Below, piece by piece: positions 20,245 through 34,666 of a stretch of DNA of 64,000 nt. Made by a program: the position numbers and the translations under genes. The stretch is from NCBI RefSeq assembly GCF_988242995.1, contig NZ_OZ547043.1; one strand, given 5' to 3'. The notes beneath the pieces were generated by a model. It was not told the DNA's origin and searched no databases. It worked only from the letters and a program-made list of their open reading frames with translations. Position 1 is the stretch's first letter, and every line of letters starts with the position of its first letter.

Positions 20245-21639
20245 ATGAAAAAATCGACATTATCTTTAGTCATCGGTTTATTATTGGCATGTAGTACCGG
20301 AATGGCAAAAACACAGCATTTAACGCTGGAACAACGCATGGCATTGCTGGAAGAACGCCTGGAAGCGGCAGAAATGCGGGCAGCAAAAGCAGAGGGGCAG
20401 GTTAAACAGCTTCAGACACAACAAGCCGCCGAGATCCGCGAAATTAAAACCGCACAGGGCAACACGCCGGTAAACGGTCAATCAACGACGGAGTCAGAGA
20501 AGAAAAACGCCACCTCGCCTAATCTCCTGCTTTCAGGGTATGGCGATTTAAAAATCTACGGCGACGTAGAATTTAATATGGATGCAGAAAGTAATCATGG
20601 CCTGCTGGCAATGACCAACGCTGATGTGAATAGCGATCCCACTAATGAACAGTGGAATCTCAATGGTCGTATTCTGTTAGGTTTTGATGGTATGCGAAAA
20701 CTGGATAATGGTTATTTCGCCGGGTTCTCCGCACAACCGCTGGGGGATATGCACGGTTCAGTGAATATTGATGACGCGGTATTCTTCTTTGGGAAAGAGA
20801 ATGACTGGAAGGTCAAAGTCGGTCGTTTCGAAGCCTATGATATGTTCCCGCTGAATCAGGATACCTTTGTTGAACATTCCGGTAATACTGCGAACGATCT
20901 TTATGACGATGGCAGCGGTTATATCTATATGATGAAAGAGGGCCGCGGGCGCTCTAACGCTGGCGGTAATTTCCTCGTCAGCAAGCAACTCGATAACTGG
21001 TATTTTGAATTAAACACGTTACTTGAAGACGGAACATCTTTATATAATGACAGTAATTATCATGGACGCGATATGGAGCAGCAGAAAAATGTTGCTTATC
21101 TGCGTCCAGTAATTGCCTGGTCGCCGACGGAAGAATTCACCGTTTCCGCAGCGATGGAAGCGAACGTGGTAAATAATGCTTATGGTTATACCGATAGCAA
21201 GGGTAATTTTGTCGATCAGTCCGATCGTACCGGCTATGGTATGAGCATGACCTGGAATGGCCTGAAAACGGATCCGGAAAATGGCGTCGTGGTTAATCTT
21301 AATACCGCCTATTTAGATGCTAATAATGAGAAAGATTTCACTGCCGGGATTAACGCGCTGTGGAAACGTTTCGAGCTGGGTTATATCTACGCGCACAATA
21401 AGATTGATGAATTCAGCGGTGTAGTTTGTGATAACGACTGCTGGATTGATGATGAAGGGACGTACACCATTCACACCATTCATGCGTCTTATCAGTTCGC
21501 TAATGTGATGGATATGGAGAACTTTAATATTTACCTCGGGACGTATTACTCCATTCTGGATAGCGACGGTGATAAAAAACACGGTGATGATACTGATGAC
21601 CGTTACGGGGCACGCGTTCGCTTTAAATACTTCTTCTGA
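20245..21639 (+). CDS. putative outer-membrane beta-barrel porin with N-terminal coiled-coil; strain-specific, not in K-12 at this locus
   Basis: 464-aa ORF; signal peptide MKKSTLSLVIGLLLACSTGMA; coiled-coil LEQRMALLEERLEAAEMRAAKAEGQVKQLQ; alternating amphipathic segments; C-terminus RFKYFF typical of OM beta-barrels; SD AGGGAA upstream; AT-rich 5' flank. Confidence 0.75.
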   Translation: MKKSTLSLVIGLLLACSTGMAKTQHLTLEQRMALLEERLEAAEMRAAKAEGQVKQLQTQQAAEIREIKTAQGNTPVNGQSTTESEKKNATSPNLLLSGYGDLKIYGDVEFNMDAESNHGLLAMTNADVNSDPTNEQWNLNGRILLGFDGMRKLDNGYFAGFSAQPLGDMHGSVNIDDAVFFFGKENDWKVKVGRFEAYDMFPLNQDTFVEHSGNTANDLYDDGSGYIYMMKEGRGRSNAGGNFLVSKQLDNWYFELNTLLEDGTSLYNDSNYHGRDMEQQKNVAYLRPVIAWSPTEEFTVSAAMEANVVNNAYGYTDSKGNFVDQSDRTGYGMSMTWNGLKTDPENGVVVNLNTAYLDANNEKDFTAGINALWKRFELGYIYAHNKIDEFSGVVCDNDCWIDDEGTYTIHTIHASYQFANVMDMENFNIYLGTYYSILDSDGDKKHGDDTDDRYGARVRFKYFF

Positions 21640-21647
21640 TGAAGGCG

Positions 21648-21676
21648 CGGTGCTGGATATTTTCCGGCACCGCAAC
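21648..21676. terminator. putative bidirectional terminator between the convergent porin gene and rhaM
   Basis: GCGGTGC TGGATATTTTCC GGCACCGC inverted repeat. Confidence 0.45.
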
Positions 21677-21679
21677 TCA

Positions 21680-21994
21680 TTAAGGCAGGTAAAACACGTC
21701 TTGCAGCTCGCTACTGACTGGGCTGTTATCCGGGTTAGCTGGCATAACGTCGGTCATATATTTCCACCAACGTTGGCAAACATCAGTACTGGCTACCGCA
21801 TTCCACCGTTCTTCAGATTCAATCTCTACTGTGGCAAATAGCAGATTACGCGCTTTGTCGAGGTAAATGGCGTAGTTATGCGCACCGTGAGATTTCAACA
21901 CTGCTTCCAGTTCCGGCCAGATGGGATTATGCCGATGCTGATACTCTTCGTGGGCGTCGGGGTTAACCTGCATGACAAAGGCTTTGCGGATCAT
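21680..21994 (-). CDS. rhaM: L-rhamnose mutarotase
   Basis: 104-aa [37 protein letters not shown]; conserved position beside rhaD. Confidence 0.95.
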   Translation of the reverse strand: MIRKAFVMQVNPDAHEEYQHRHNPIWPELEAVLKSHGAHNYAIYLDKARNLLFATVEIESEERWNAVASTDVCQRWWKYMTDVMPANPDNSPVSSELQDVFYLP

Positions 21995-22003
21995 GTTTGC
22001 TCC

Positions 22004-22828
22004 TTACAGCGCCAGCGCACTGGCGAGTGGTGTAACGCCGAAACGCTGGCCGAGCGCTATCAGCTCTTCACGGCTGATGGTCTGTTTCATGCCGCCCATC
22101 GAATAAACCTTCACTAATACTTGTGCTGATTTTTCTGCGGTGTCGATTAAACCGAATGTTTCATCCAGTGTCGGACCGCTGCCGAAGACGCCGTGGAAGG
22201 GCCACAACACCAGCGAATGTTTTTGCATTTCCTGTGCGGTCGCCTGGCCGATTTCGTCCGTGCCGGGCACCATCCACGGCAAAATGCCGACGCCATCCGG
22301 GAACACTACCAGACATTCGGTGCTGCCTTCCCACAGTTGGCGAGTGAAGACCGCGGTGTCGTTTTCCAGTACGTAGGTAAGGGCGATCAGGTTGGTGGCA
22401 TGGCAGTGCATGATCACCCGATCTTTACCGTTGGTGGCTTTAATGCGTTCGCAATGAGAGAGGAAGTGCGCCGGAAGTTCAGAGGTTGGAACGGCTTCGT
22501 GAGTTAGCCCCCAGAGAATGTGGTAGCCCGCGCCGTCGCTGTCGACTTTTACGACGCCTAAGTTAGCCGCAGGATCAAGCTGGACGTTGCGGAAGAATTT
22601 GCCGGAGCCGGTGACAATAAACGGTGTATTTGCCAGTAAAGGCATGGGCTGGCTGAGCGGGATATAGCGCGGTTGTGCATGAAAGTTGTCGTGATAAGGC
22701 GCGATATCGGCGTCATCCAGGCGTAGCGTCAGGTTGCCGCCGTTGCGCTCGTCCCAGCCTTTCAGCCAGGCGTCGGTGGTGGCTTTAATCATTCCCTGGA
22801 CAAACCAGGACTGAGTAATGTTTTGCAT
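22004..22828 (-). CDS. rhaD: rhamnulose-1-phosphate aldolase
   Basis: ORF 22004..22918; the internal Met [25 protein letters not shown] gives 274 aa. Confidence 0.95.
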   Translation of the reverse strand: MQNITQSWFVQGMIKATTDAWLKGWDERNGGNLTLRLDDADIAPYHDNFHAQPRYIPLSQPMPLLANTPFIVTGSGKFFRNVQLDPAANLGVVKVDSDGAGYHILWGLTHEAVPTSELPAHFLSHCERIKATNGKDRVIMHCHATNLIALTYVLENDTAVFTRQLWEGSTECLVVFPDGVGILPWMVPGTDEIGQATAQEMQKHSLVLWPFHGVFGSGPTLDETFGLIDTAEKSAQVLVKVYSMGGMKQTISREELIALGQRFGVTPLASALAL

Positions 22829-22852
22829 GTTCTGTGTTCCTGTAAATTCGGT

Positions 22853-22907
22853 GTTGTCGGATGCACGATCTGTCGGCCGAATAAGGCGCTCGCGCCGCAT
22901 CCGGCAG
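22853..22907. repeat. REP element in the rhaA-rhaD intergenic region
   Basis: TGTCGGATGCACGATCTGTCGGCCGAATAAGGCGCTCGCGCCGCATCCGGCA resembles the REP consensus. Confidence 0.6.
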
Positions 22908-22910
22908 TGT

Positions 22911-25923
<3,013 letters not shown>

Positions 25924-26760
25924 ATGACCGTATTACATAGTGTGGATTTTTTTCCGTCTGGTAACGCGTCCGTGGCGATAGAATCCCGGCTCCCGCAGGC
26001 GGATTTTCCTGAACATCATCATGATTTTCATGAAATTGTGATTGTCGAACATGGCACGGGTATTCATGTGTTTAATGGGCAGCCCTATACCATCACCGGT
26101 GGGACGGTCTGTTTCGTACGCGATCATGATCGGCATCTGTATGAACATACCGATAATCTGTGTCTGACCAATGTGCTGTATCGCTCGCCGGATCGATTTC
26201 AGTTTCTCGCCGGGCTGAATCAGTTGCTGCCACAAGAGCTGGATGGGCAGTATCCGTCTCACTGGCGCGTTAACCACAGCGTATTGCAGCAGGTGCGACA
26301 GCTGGTTGCACAGATGGAACAGCAGGAAGGGGAAAATGATTTACCCTCGACCGCCAGTCGCGAGATCTTGTTTATGCAATTACTGCTCTTGCTGCGTAAA
26401 AGCAGTTTGCAGGAGAACCTGGAAAACAGCGCATCACGTCTCAACTTGCTTCTGGCCTGGCTGGAGGACCATTTTGCCGATGAGGTGAATTGGGATGCCG
26501 TGGCGGATCAATTTTCTCTTTCACTGCGTACGCTACATCGGCAGCTTAAGCAGAAAACGGGACTGACGCCTCAGCGTTACCTGAACCGCCTGCGACTGAT
26601 GAAAGCCCGACATCTGCTACGCCACAGCGAGGCCAGCGTTACTGACATCGCCTATCGCTGCGGATTCAGCGACAGTAACCACTTTTCGACGCTTTTTCGC
26701 CGAGAGTTTAATTGGTCACCGCGTGATATTCGTCAGGGACGGGATGGTTTTCTGCAATAA
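25924..26760 (+). CDS. rhaS: AraC-family activator RhaS
   Basis: 278-aa ORF with C-terminal AraC-type HTH. Confidence 0.95.
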   Translation: MTVLHSVDFFPSGNASVAIESRLPQADFPEHHHDFHEIVIVEHGTGIHVFNGQPYTITGGTVCFVRDHDRHLYEHTDNLCLTNVLYRSPDRFQFLAGLNQLLPQELDGQYPSHWRVNHSVLQQVRQLVAQMEQQEGENDLPSTASREILFMQLLLLLRKSSLQENLENSASRLNLLLAWLEDHFADEVNWDAVADQFSLSLRTLHRQLKQKTGLTPQRYLNRLRLMKARHLLRHSEASVTDIAYRCGFSDSNHFSTLFRREFNWSPRDIRQGRDGFLQ

Positions 26761-26833
26761 CGCGAATATTCTCAACGTATTTGTCCGCCATATTGCGAAT
26801 AATCAACTTCGTTCTCTGGCCGAGGTAGCCACG

Positions 26834-27682
26834 GTGGCGCATCAGTTAAAACTTCTCAAAGATGATTTTTTTGCCAGCGACCAGCAGGCAGTCGCTGTGG
26901 CTGACCGTTATCCGCAAGATGTCTTTGCCGAACATACACATGATTTTTGTGAGCTGGTAATTGTCTGGCGCGGTAATGGTCTGCATGTACTCAACGATCG
27001 CCCTTATCGCATTACCCGTGGCGATCTCTTTTACATTCATGCTGACGATAAACACTCCTACGCTTCCGTTAACGATCTGGTTTTGCAGAATATTATTTAT
27101 TGCCCGGAGCGGCTGAAGCTGAATCTTGACTGGCAGGGGGCGATTCCGGGATTTAGTGCCAGCGCAGGGCAGCCACACTGGCGCTTAGGTAGCGTGGGGA
27201 TGGCGCAGGCGCGGCAGGTTATCGGTCAGCTTGAGCATGAAAGTAGTCAGCATGTGCCGTTTGCTAACGAAATGGCTGAGTTGCTGTTCGGGCAGTTGGT
27301 GATGTTGCTGAATCGCCATCGTTACACCAGTGATTCGTTGCCGCCAACATCCAGCGAAACGTTGCTGGATAAGCTGATTACCCGGCTGGCGGCCAGCCTG
27401 AAAAGTCCCTTTGCGCTGGATAAATTTTGTGATGAGGCATCGTGCAGTGAGCGCGTTTTGCGTCAGCAATTTCGCCAGCAGACTGGAATGACCATCAATC
27501 AATATCTGCGGCAGGTCAGAGTGTGTCATGCGCAATATCTTCTCCAGCATAGCCGCCTGTTAATCAGTGATATTTCAACCGAATGTGGCTTTGAAGATAG
27601 TAACTATTTTTCGGTGGTGTTTACCCGGGAAACCGGGATGACGCCCAGCCAGTGGCGTCATCTCAATTCGCAGAAAGATTAA
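26834..27682 (+). CDS. rhaR: AraC-family activator RhaR
   Basis: ORF 26723..27682; the in-frame GTG at 26834 gives (M)[15 protein letters not shown] and 282 aa. Confidence 0.85.
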   Translation: MAHQLKLLKDDFFASDQQAVAVADRYPQDVFAEHTHDFCELVIVWRGNGLHVLNDRPYRITRGDLFYIHADDKHSYASVNDLVLQNIIYCPERLKLNLDWQGAIPGFSASAGQPHWRLGSVGMAQARQVIGQLEHESSQHVPFANEMAELLFGQLVMLLNRHRYTSDSLPPTSSETLLDKLITRLAASLKSPFALDKFCDEASCSERVLRQQFRQQTGMTINQYLRQVRVCHAQYLLQHSRLLISDISTECGFEDSNYFSVVFTRETGMTPSQWRHLNSQKD

Positions 27683-28713
27683 TTCGCCATGCCCATGCCG
27701 ACGATGTTGGCGGCGACAATAATCACCACACAACCGAGGCTCAACACCGTTACCGGACGGCGACCTGCATTGTTCCACTCTTTCAGCACCAGCCCGACGA
27801 TACCGCCGCACAATACATAGAAGCTCATATGCAGCATCCAGCTGATGTAGTCATACTGCGCCGGAATACGCGCGTGGCCCCAGGCATAGAAAAAGAATTG
27901 CAGATACCACATCAACCCGCCCAGTGCTGAGAGTAACACATTGTGAATGATCAGCGGTTTTGCCAGCGAGAAGTCGGCTTTTAGCGACAAATCCTTCACT
28001 TTTGCCAGACGAATAAAACAGAAACCGAGGTTAATGATCGCGCCGCCGCCCATGATGACAACATAGCTTGGCAGAGCAACATACAGTGGATCGACGCCCA
28101 GTGCGGCAGCGGCTTCATGCATCGGTTTTGCGGCGTTCATCGCAAAGGACATTCCGGCAGAGAAAATGCCGCACATCACCGCCAGCACCAGCCCTTTTTT
28201 CAGGTTGAACTCTTCGGCTTTAATGCCCATCTTGCGCTCTTTTAACTGCCCGGCGCGAGTCACAATCCCTACGCCAATCAGCGCCACCAGAACGCCGAGC
28301 AACGTCATGCGTCCGCCTTCGGTATTAATCAGAACATCGAAATTGCCGTTGATAATTGGCGTCATCAGCGTACCGACAATCAACGTAATGCCAATGGCGA
28401 TGCCAATTCCCATCGACATGCCGAGATAACGCATGGTCAGGCCGTAGTTGATATTACCGATCCCCCACATAGCGCCGAACAGAAAAACAGGCAGCAGCGT
28501 AGAGAGACTAAACGAGCTGTAATACGCCCAGAAATTCGGTAGTAACAGGGCGCTGATGGCCCACGGCAGAATAATCCACGAAACAATCCCACCAACTGAC
28601 CACATGGTTTCCCATGACCATTTTTTTACTTTTTTGAACGGAGCGTAAAAACAGGCTGCACTGGCCGCGCCGATCAAATGCCAAAATATCCCCATCGTAA
28701 TCGCGTTACTCAT
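27679..28713 (-). CDS. rhaT: L-rhamnose-proton symporter
   Basis: 344-aa polytopic membrane ORF. Confidence 0.95.
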   Translation of the reverse strand: MSNAITMGIFWHLIGAASAACFYAPFKKVKKWSWETMWSVGGIVSWIILPWAISALLLPNFWAYYSSFSLSTLLPVFLFGAMWGIGNINYGLTMRYLGMSMGIGIAIGITLIVGTLMTPIINGNFDVLINTEGGRMTLLGVLVALIGVGIVTRAGQLKERKMGIKAEEFNLKKGLVLAVMCGIFSAGMSFAMNAAKPMHEAAAALGVDPLYVALPSYVVIMGGGAIINLGFCFIRLAKVKDLSLKADFSLAKPLIIHNVLLSALGGLMWYLQFFFYAWGHARIPAQYDYISWMLHMSFYVLCGGIVGLVLKEWNNAGRRPVTVLSLGCVVIIVAANIVGMGMAN

Positions 28714-28899
28714 CTTCTTATCCTCATCATTTTTCGTCGCGTCACATCTCCGACGAGATGAGTGTAAAAATCGTGCTGTCGATTAACCTTTCGCCTGTTG
28801 CCGCCGTTGTCGATTTACTGGCAATCACGGCATTAAGTGGGTGATTTGCTTCACATCTCGGGCATTTTCCTGCAAAACCATACCCTTACGAAAAGTACG

Positions 28900-28945
28900 G
28901 CATTGATAATCATTTTCAATATCATTTAATTAACTATAATGAACC
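28900..28945 (+). promoter_or_regulatory. sodA promoter with an AT-rich Fur-box-like element
   Basis: GATAATCATTTTCAATATCATTTAATTAACTATAAT upstream of sodA; sodA is a known Fur/ArcA/SoxS target. Confidence 0.5.
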
Positions 28946-28997
28946 AACTGCTTACGCGGCATTAACAATCGGCCGCCCGACAACACTGGAGATGAAT

Positions 28998-29618
28998 ATG
29001 AGCTATACCCTGCCATCCCTGCCGTATGCTTACGATGCCCTGGAACCGCACTTCGATAAGCAGACCATGGAAATCCACCACACCAAACACCATCAGACCT
29101 ATGTCAACAACGCCAACGCGGCGCTGGAAAGCCTGCCAGAATTTGCCAACCTGCCGGTTGAAGAGCTGATCACCAAACTGGACCAGCTGCCAGCAGACAA
29201 GAAAACCGTACTGCGCAACAACGCTGGCGGTCACGCTAACCACAGCCTGTTCTGGAAAGGTCTGAAAAAAGGCACCACCTTACAGGGTGACCTGAAAGCG
29301 GCTATCGAACGTGACTTCGGCTCCGTTGATAACTTCAAAGCAGAATTTGAGAAAGCGGCAGCTTCCCGCTTTGGTTCCGGCTGGGCATGGCTGGTGCTGA
29401 AAGGCGATAAACTGGCGGTGGTTTCTACTGCTAACCAGGATTCCCCGCTGATGGGTGAAGCTATTTCTGGCGCTTCCGGCTTCCCGATTCTGGGCCTGGA
29501 TGTGTGGGAACATGCTTACTACCTGAAATTCCAGAACCGCCGTCCGGACTACATCAAAGAGTTCTGGAACGTGGTGAACTGGGACGAAGCAGCGGCACGT
29601 TTCGCGGCGAAAAAATAA
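28998..29618 (+). CDS. sodA: manganese superoxide dismutase
   Basis: ORF 28992..29618; start [32 protein letters not shown] gives 206 aa. Confidence 0.95.
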   Translation: MSYTLPSLPYAYDALEPHFDKQTMEIHHTKHHQTYVNNANAALESLPEFANLPVEELITKLDQLPADKKTVLRNNAGGHANHSLFWKGLKKGTTLQGDLKAAIERDFGSVDNFKAEFEKAAASRFGSGWAWLVLKGDKLAVVSTANQDSPLMGEAISGASGFPILGLDVWEHAYYLKFQNRRPDYIKEFWNVVNWDEAAARFAAKK

Positions 29619-29738
29619 TCATTTGCCGCCTGCTGCAATGAGGCGTTAACGCCGCATATCAGCGTAAAAAATGAACCATCGCCAACGGCGGTGGTTTTTT
29701 TGTGATCAATTTCAAAATAAAAACAATGATCCGATAAA

Positions 29739-29760
29739 AATAAAACAGCGTTTCAATCGA
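29739..29760. promoter_or_regulatory. putative KdgR operator upstream of kdgT
   Basis: AAAACAGCGTTTCAAT matches the KdgR core AAACAnnGTTTCA. Confidence 0.5.
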
Positions 29761-29877
29761 TGTGGTTTTGATCACTTTTATTGATTAAATGAATGTCTAT
29801 CTTCGTTTCCATCAACACTGATGCTCCATTGAGGAATTACGCATCAGCCCTTAAAAATATGCCGACAGGTGATGGAA

Positions 29878-30861
29878 ATGCAGATAAAACGCTCGATTGA
29901 GAAAATCCCGGGGGGGATGATGCTCGTCCCGCTATTCCTTGGCGCACTGTGCCACACCTTCTCGCCGGAGGCGGGGAAATATTTTGGATCATTCACCAAC
30001 GGGATGATTACCGGTACGGTGCCCATTCTGGCGGTGTGGTTTTTTTGCATGGGGGCGTCAATAAAATTAAGCGCGACGGGAACGGTACTGCGTAAATCCG
30101 GTACGCTGGTGGTAACTAAAATTGCCGTCGCGTGGGTGGTTGCGGCAATTGCCTCGCGCATTATTCCGGAACATGGTGTTGAAGTGGGATTCTTTGCTGG
30201 ACTTTCAACGCTGGCGCTGGTGGCGGCGATGGATATGACCAACGGCGGACTTTACGCTTCCATCATGCAGCAGTACGGCACAAAAGAAGAAGCTGGGGCA
30301 TTTGTGTTGATGTCATTGGAGTCCGGGCCGCTCATGACGATGATTATTCTGGGCACTGCCGGGATTGCCTCGTTTGAACCGCATGTTTTCGTCGGCGCAG
30401 TATTACCGTTCCTGGTGGGCTTTGCCCTTGGGAACCTTGACCCTGAATTACGAGAATTTTTCAGCAAAGCGGTGCAGACGCTGATTCCATTCTTTGCCTT
30501 CGCGCTGGGCAATACCATTGATTTGACGGTAATTGCCCAGACAGGTTTGCTGGGGATCCTGTTGGGTGTGGCAGTAATTATCGTGACCGGTATTCCGTTG
30601 ATTATCGCCGATAAATTGATTGGCGGTGGCGATGGCACTGCCGGAATTGCCGCTTCCAGTTCCGCAGGGGCCGCGGTAGCGACACCTGTGCTGATTGCTG
30701 AAATGGTGCCTGCGTTTAAACCGATGGCTCCGGCAGCAACTTCGCTGGTAGCGACGGCGGTCATTGTGACTTCGATTCTGGTGCCAATTCTTACCTCTAT
30801 CTGGTCACGTAAAGTCAAAGCCAGAGCGGCGAAAATCGAAATTTTAGGTACGGTGAAATAA
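29878..30861 (+). CDS. kdgT: 2-keto-3-deoxygluconate permease
   Basis: ORF 29869..30861; start [20 protein letters not shown] gives 327 aa. Confidence 0.95.
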   Translation: MQIKRSIEKIPGGMMLVPLFLGALCHTFSPEAGKYFGSFTNGMITGTVPILAVWFFCMGASIKLSATGTVLRKSGTLVVTKIAVAWVVAAIASRIIPEHGVEVGFFAGLSTLALVAAMDMTNGGLYASIMQQYGTKEEAGAFVLMSLESGPLMTMIILGTAGIASFEPHVFVGAVLPFLVGFALGNLDPELREFFSKAVQTLIPFFAFALGNTIDLTVIAQTGLLGILLGVAVIIVTGIPLIIADKLIGGGDGTAGIAASSSAGAAVATPVLIAEMVPAFKPMAPAATSLVATAVIVTSILVPILTSIWSRKVKARAAKIEILGTVK

Positions 30862-31009
30862 ACCTGCTTCCTTAATCCCCACAGCCGGATGAACTAACGT
30901 TCGTCCGGTTTGCTATTGAGTTCTTGCCTGGATACTTACCGCGAAAACAGCACGCCTGACATAAAATAAATATGGTCTAATGGGGAAATTTCTCGTGGAG
31001 AGGGAACAG

Positions 31010-31684
31010 ATGCGATATCCGGTTGATGTATACACAGGCAAGATTCAGGCTTATCCCGAAGGCAAACCCAGCGCAATTGCCAAAATCCAGGTTGATGGTG
31101 AGTTGATGCTGACGGAGCTGGGGCTGGAAGGTGACGAGCAGGCGGAGAAGAAGGTTCACGGCGGGCCAGACAGAGCGCTGTGTCATTATCCTCGTGAGCA
31201 TTATCTCTACTGGGCGCGGGAATTTCCGGAACAGGCGGAGTTGTTTGTTGCGCCTGCGTTTGGCGAAAATCTCTCAACCGACGGTCTGACGGAAAGTAAT
31301 GTTTATATGGGCGATATTTTCCGCTGGGGAGAGGCATTAATTCAGGTCAGCCAGCCACGCTCACCTTGCTATAAACTCAATTACCATTTTGATATCAGCG
31401 ATATAGCGCAGTTGATGCAAAACACGGGTAAAGTTGGGTGGTTGTATAGCGTGATTGCGCCAGGGTTGGTATCTGCTGATGCGCCACTGGAGTTGGTTTC
31501 CCGTGTCAGTGATGTGACCGTGCAGGAGGCTGCCGCCATCGCATGGCATATGCCGTTTGATGACGAGCAGTATCACCGTTTACTCTCCGCCGCCGGGTTA
31601 TCGAAAAGCTGGACGCGGACGATGCAAAAGCGCCGACTGAGCGGCAAGATCGAAGATTTTTCCCGCCGGTTGTGGGGAAAATAA
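31010..31684 (+). CDS. yiiM: MOSC-domain protein YiiM (6-N-hydroxylaminopurine resistance)
   Basis: ORF 30980..31684; the internal Met MRYPVDVYTGKIQAYPEGK gives 224 aa. Confidence 0.9.
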   Translation: MRYPVDVYTGKIQAYPEGKPSAIAKIQVDGELMLTELGLEGDEQAEKKVHGGPDRALCHYPREHYLYWAREFPEQAELFVAPAFGENLSTDGLTESNVYMGDIFRWGEALIQVSQPRSPCYKLNYHFDISDIAQLMQNTGKVGWLYSVIAPGLVSADAPLELVSRVSDVTVQEAAAIAWHMPFDDEQYHRLLSAAGLSKSWTRTMQKRRLSGKIEDFSRRLWGK

Positions 31685-31734
31685 GGCTGTCTTAATACGA
31701 AATCTGGCATGGTTTCCGGTGAGAGCAGTGCCGT

Positions 31735-31935
31735 TTGCATTGTGCTGAGTTTTTCCCTCACCCTAACCCTCTCCCCAGAGGGGCGAGGGGACTGTCCGGA
31801 GCGGTGCTCAGCTCCGTTGCTGAACAGGGCTACGTTTTTCCCCCTCGCCCTTTCAGGGAGAGGGCCGGGGTGAGGGTATCAGTTCGCACAGTGCTGACCT
31901 GTTGCCTTCACCCCGAAGGGGACGGCCCTGCGCCG
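31735..31935. repeat. cluster of GC-rich imperfect palindromic intergenic repeats (boxC-like)
   Basis: CCCTCACCCTAACCCTCTCCCCAGAGGGGCGAGGGGAC and CCCCCTCGCCCTTTCAGGGAGAGGGCCGGGGTGAGGG in inverted orientation between yiiM and cpxA. Confidence 0.5.
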
Positions 31936-31938
31936 AGT

Positions 31939-33312
31939 TTAACTCCGCTTATACAGCGGCAACCAAATCACCAGCCGTAAACCGCCCAGCGGGCTGTCTT
32001 CCGCTTTAACCCAGCCACGATGCTGCTGAATGGCGGTTTCAACAATCGCCAGCCCCAAACCTGTACCGCCAGATTCACGATCGCGTGCTTCATCGGTACG
32101 ATAGAACGGACGGAAAATCTGTTCGCGATCTTCCGGGCTAACGCCAGGACCATCGTCGTCCACCGTAATGGTGATACCGTCTTTATCTACCGCAAAGCCC
32201 ACTTCAATCTTCGTATGGGAATAACGCAGGGCATTACGAACAATGTTTTCCAGCGCACTCTCCAGGGCGTTCGGGTTGCCGTACAGCGGCCACGGCCCAG
32301 GCGGGAAGTTAACCGTCAACGACTTGCCCATTTGCTCGGCTTCGAACGCCGCGTTATCCAGCACTTCGCCCCACAACTGGTTAGCTTTCAATGTCTCGCT
32401 TACCAGCGCGTTTTTCTGCTGATTACGTGACATCACCAACAGATCGTTAATCATGCTGTCCAGACGTTGCGCTTCGGTTTCAATACGCTCCAGTTCCTTG
32501 CTTTCACCGCTACGACGGCGCAGTAACGCCGTACCCAGTTGCAGACGCGTCAGCGGGGTGCGCAGCTCGTGAGAGATATCAGAAAGTAGACGCTGCTGAG
32601 AGGTCATCATGCGCTCCAGCGCGGTGACCATCTGGTTAAAACTGGCACCGGCGGCAAGGAATTCCTGTGGCCCCGCTTCCAGTTCCGGGTGCTGACGTAA
32701 GTTTCCCTGGGCAACTTCATCGGCAGCGTTTTTCAGCTTACGCGCCGGTTTTGCCAGACTCCAGGCCAACCACAACAGCAGCGGCGTACTGACCAACATG
32801 GTGACAATCAGCAGTAATAGCGGGCGGTCAAACAGTAAGTTAATGAAATCGGATTGAGAACTGCTGGCCGGACGAATCAGATAAAGTTGGTAATTATCTT
32901 CGCCATCACGCACTGAGAACGGACCGACCAGTTCCACGCGGCCATACTTTTTCTTCTGCGGATGATCGGCGTTATCGGCCTGACCAATAAAGTTACGAAT
33001 GATCTGCATTTCGCTGCGTTCAGCGCCGATCACGCGGCCCTCGGTGGTCACCAATAACAAACGCTGTCCTGGCGGTGCCCACTTATCAATCGCCCGGAAC
33101 AGACGCCGCCACCACATTAAATCGTTGGGCGGATCGTTCGCCAGCTCCGCTTCGACATGCTGCTCAATCATCAGACCCTGACGCTGTTCGCTATCCAGAA
33201 GCTCGGTCATCTGGCGTGAATCGAGCTTGGGTAACATCAAAACCAACATCAACACCAGCGCCAGCGTCAGCCAGAAGATGGCGAAGATGCGCGCGGTTAA
33301 GCTGCCTATCAT
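31939..33312 (-). CDS. cpxA: envelope-stress sensor histidine kinase CpxA
   Basis: 457-aa ORF with H-box (SHELRTPLTR) and ATP-binding motifs. Confidence 0.95.
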   Translation of the reverse strand: MIGSLTARIFAIFWLTLALVLMLVLMLPKLDSRQMTELLDSEQRQGLMIEQHVEAELANDPPNDLMWWRRLFRAIDKWAPPGQRLLLVTTEGRVIGAERSEMQIIRNFIGQADNADHPQKKKYGRVELVGPFSVRDGEDNYQLYLIRPASSSQSDFINLLFDRPLLLLIVTMLVSTPLLLWLAWSLAKPARKLKNAADEVAQGNLRQHPELEAGPQEFLAAGASFNQMVTALERMMTSQQRLLSDISHELRTPLTRLQLGTALLRRRSGESKELERIETEAQRLDSMINDLLVMSRNQQKNALVSETLKANQLWGEVLDNAAFEAEQMGKSLTVNFPPGPWPLYGNPNALESALENIVRNALRYSHTKIEVGFAVDKDGITITVDDDGPGVSPEDREQIFRPFYRTDEARDRESGGTGLGLAIVETAIQQHRGWVKAEDSPLGGLRLVIWLPLYKRS

Positions 33313-34007
33313 GAAGCAGAAACCATCAGATAGCCGCGACCACGCAAGGTTTTAAACCACGGGTGACCATCTTTACGATCCGGCAGTTTACGACGCAGGT
33401 TGGAAATGTGCATATCAATAGCGCGGTCGAAAGGCGTCAGGCGTTTGCCCAGCACTTCCTGGCTTAAATGTTCACGGGAAACTACCTGACCCAGATGCTG
33501 TGCCAGCAAATAGAGCAGGGTAAACTCAGTACCGGTTAACTCCAGCGTTTGCCCGTCGAAGCTGGCTTCCTGACGGCCTGGATTTAGCACTAAGGCATCA
33601 ACTTCCAGTGTCGGTGAACCGTTGTCGTTGTTTTGCTGTTGCTCGCTCCAGTGCGAACGGCGCAGGATCGCGCGAATACGTGCCACCAGCTCACGATCAT
33701 TAAACGGTTTCGGGAGATAGTCATCTGCGCCCAGCTCAAGGCCGAGAACGCGATCAAGTTCACTGCCGCGCGCCGTCAACATAATGACAGGCGTCTGGTG
33801 TGTCTGGCGAAGTGCTTTTAATGTGTCGATACCATTTTTCTTCGGCATCATTACATCAAGCAAAAGTAAATCAATGCTGTCGTCCAGAAGATCAAGCGCC
33901 TGTTCCCCATCGTGGGCAACAATCACGTTGAAGCCTTCCATCTCGAGCAGCTCCTTTAATAGGGAAGTCAGCTCTCGGTCATCATCAACTAACAGGATTT
34001 TATTCAT
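33309..34007 (-). CDS. cpxR: response regulator CpxR
   Basis: 232-aa OmpR-family ORF MNKILLVDDDRELTSLL. Confidence 0.95.
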   Translation of the reverse strand: MNKILLVDDDRELTSLLKELLEMEGFNVIVAHDGEQALDLLDDSIDLLLLDVMMPKKNGIDTLKALRQTHQTPVIMLTARGSELDRVLGLELGADDYLPKPFNDRELVARIRAILRRSHWSEQQQNNDNGSPTLEVDALVLNPGRQEASFDGQTLELTGTEFTLLYLLAQHLGQVVSREHLSQEVLGKRLTPFDRAIDMHISNLRRKLPDRKDGHPWFKTLRGRGYLMVSAS

Positions 34008-34063
34008 TGTTTAAATACCTCCGAGGCAGAAATTACGTCATCAGACGTCGCTAATCCATGACT

Positions 34064-34078
34064 TTACGTTGTTTTACA
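34064..34078. promoter_or_regulatory. CpxR box in the cpxR-cpxP divergent promoter
   Basis: TTTACgttgtTTTAC is the reverse complement of the tandem GTAAA(N5)GTAAA motif. Confidence 0.55.
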
Positions 34079-34156
34079 CCCCCTGACGCATGTTTGCAGC
34101 CTGAATCGTAAACTCTCTATCGTTGAATCGCGACAGAAAGATTTTGGGAGCAAATG

Positions 34157-34657
34157 ATGCGCATAGTTACCGCTGCCGTCATGGCCTCAACGCTGGCAGT
34201 CAGTTCATTAAGCCACGCTGCTGAAGTCGGTTCAGGCGATAACTGGCATCCGGGTGAAGAACTTACGCAGCGCAGTACGCAGAGCCATATGTTCGACGGC
34301 ATAAGTTTAACCGAACATCAGCGTCAGCAGATGCGAGATCTTATGCAACAGGCCCGGCACGAACAGCCTCCTGTTAATGTTAGCGAACTGGAGACAATGC
34401 ATCGCCTTGTCACCGCAGAAAATTTTGATGAAAACGCTGTGCGCGCACAGGCAGAAAAAATGGCGAATGAGCAAATTGCTCGTCAGGTTGAGATGGCAAA
34501 AGTCCGCAACCAAATGTATCGCCTGTTAACGCCGGAGCAGCAAGCGGTTTTAAATGAGAAACATCAACAACGAATGGAGCAGTTGCGTGACGTGACGCAA
34601 TGGCAAAAAAGTTCATCGTTGAAGCTATTGAGTAGTAGCAACTCACGTTCCCAGTAG
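34157..34657 (+). CDS. cpxP: periplasmic Cpx pathway inhibitor/chaperone CpxP
   Basis: ORF 34154..34657; start [21 protein letters not shown] gives 166 aa. Confidence 0.95.
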
Positions 34658-34666
34658 TAAACCCTG

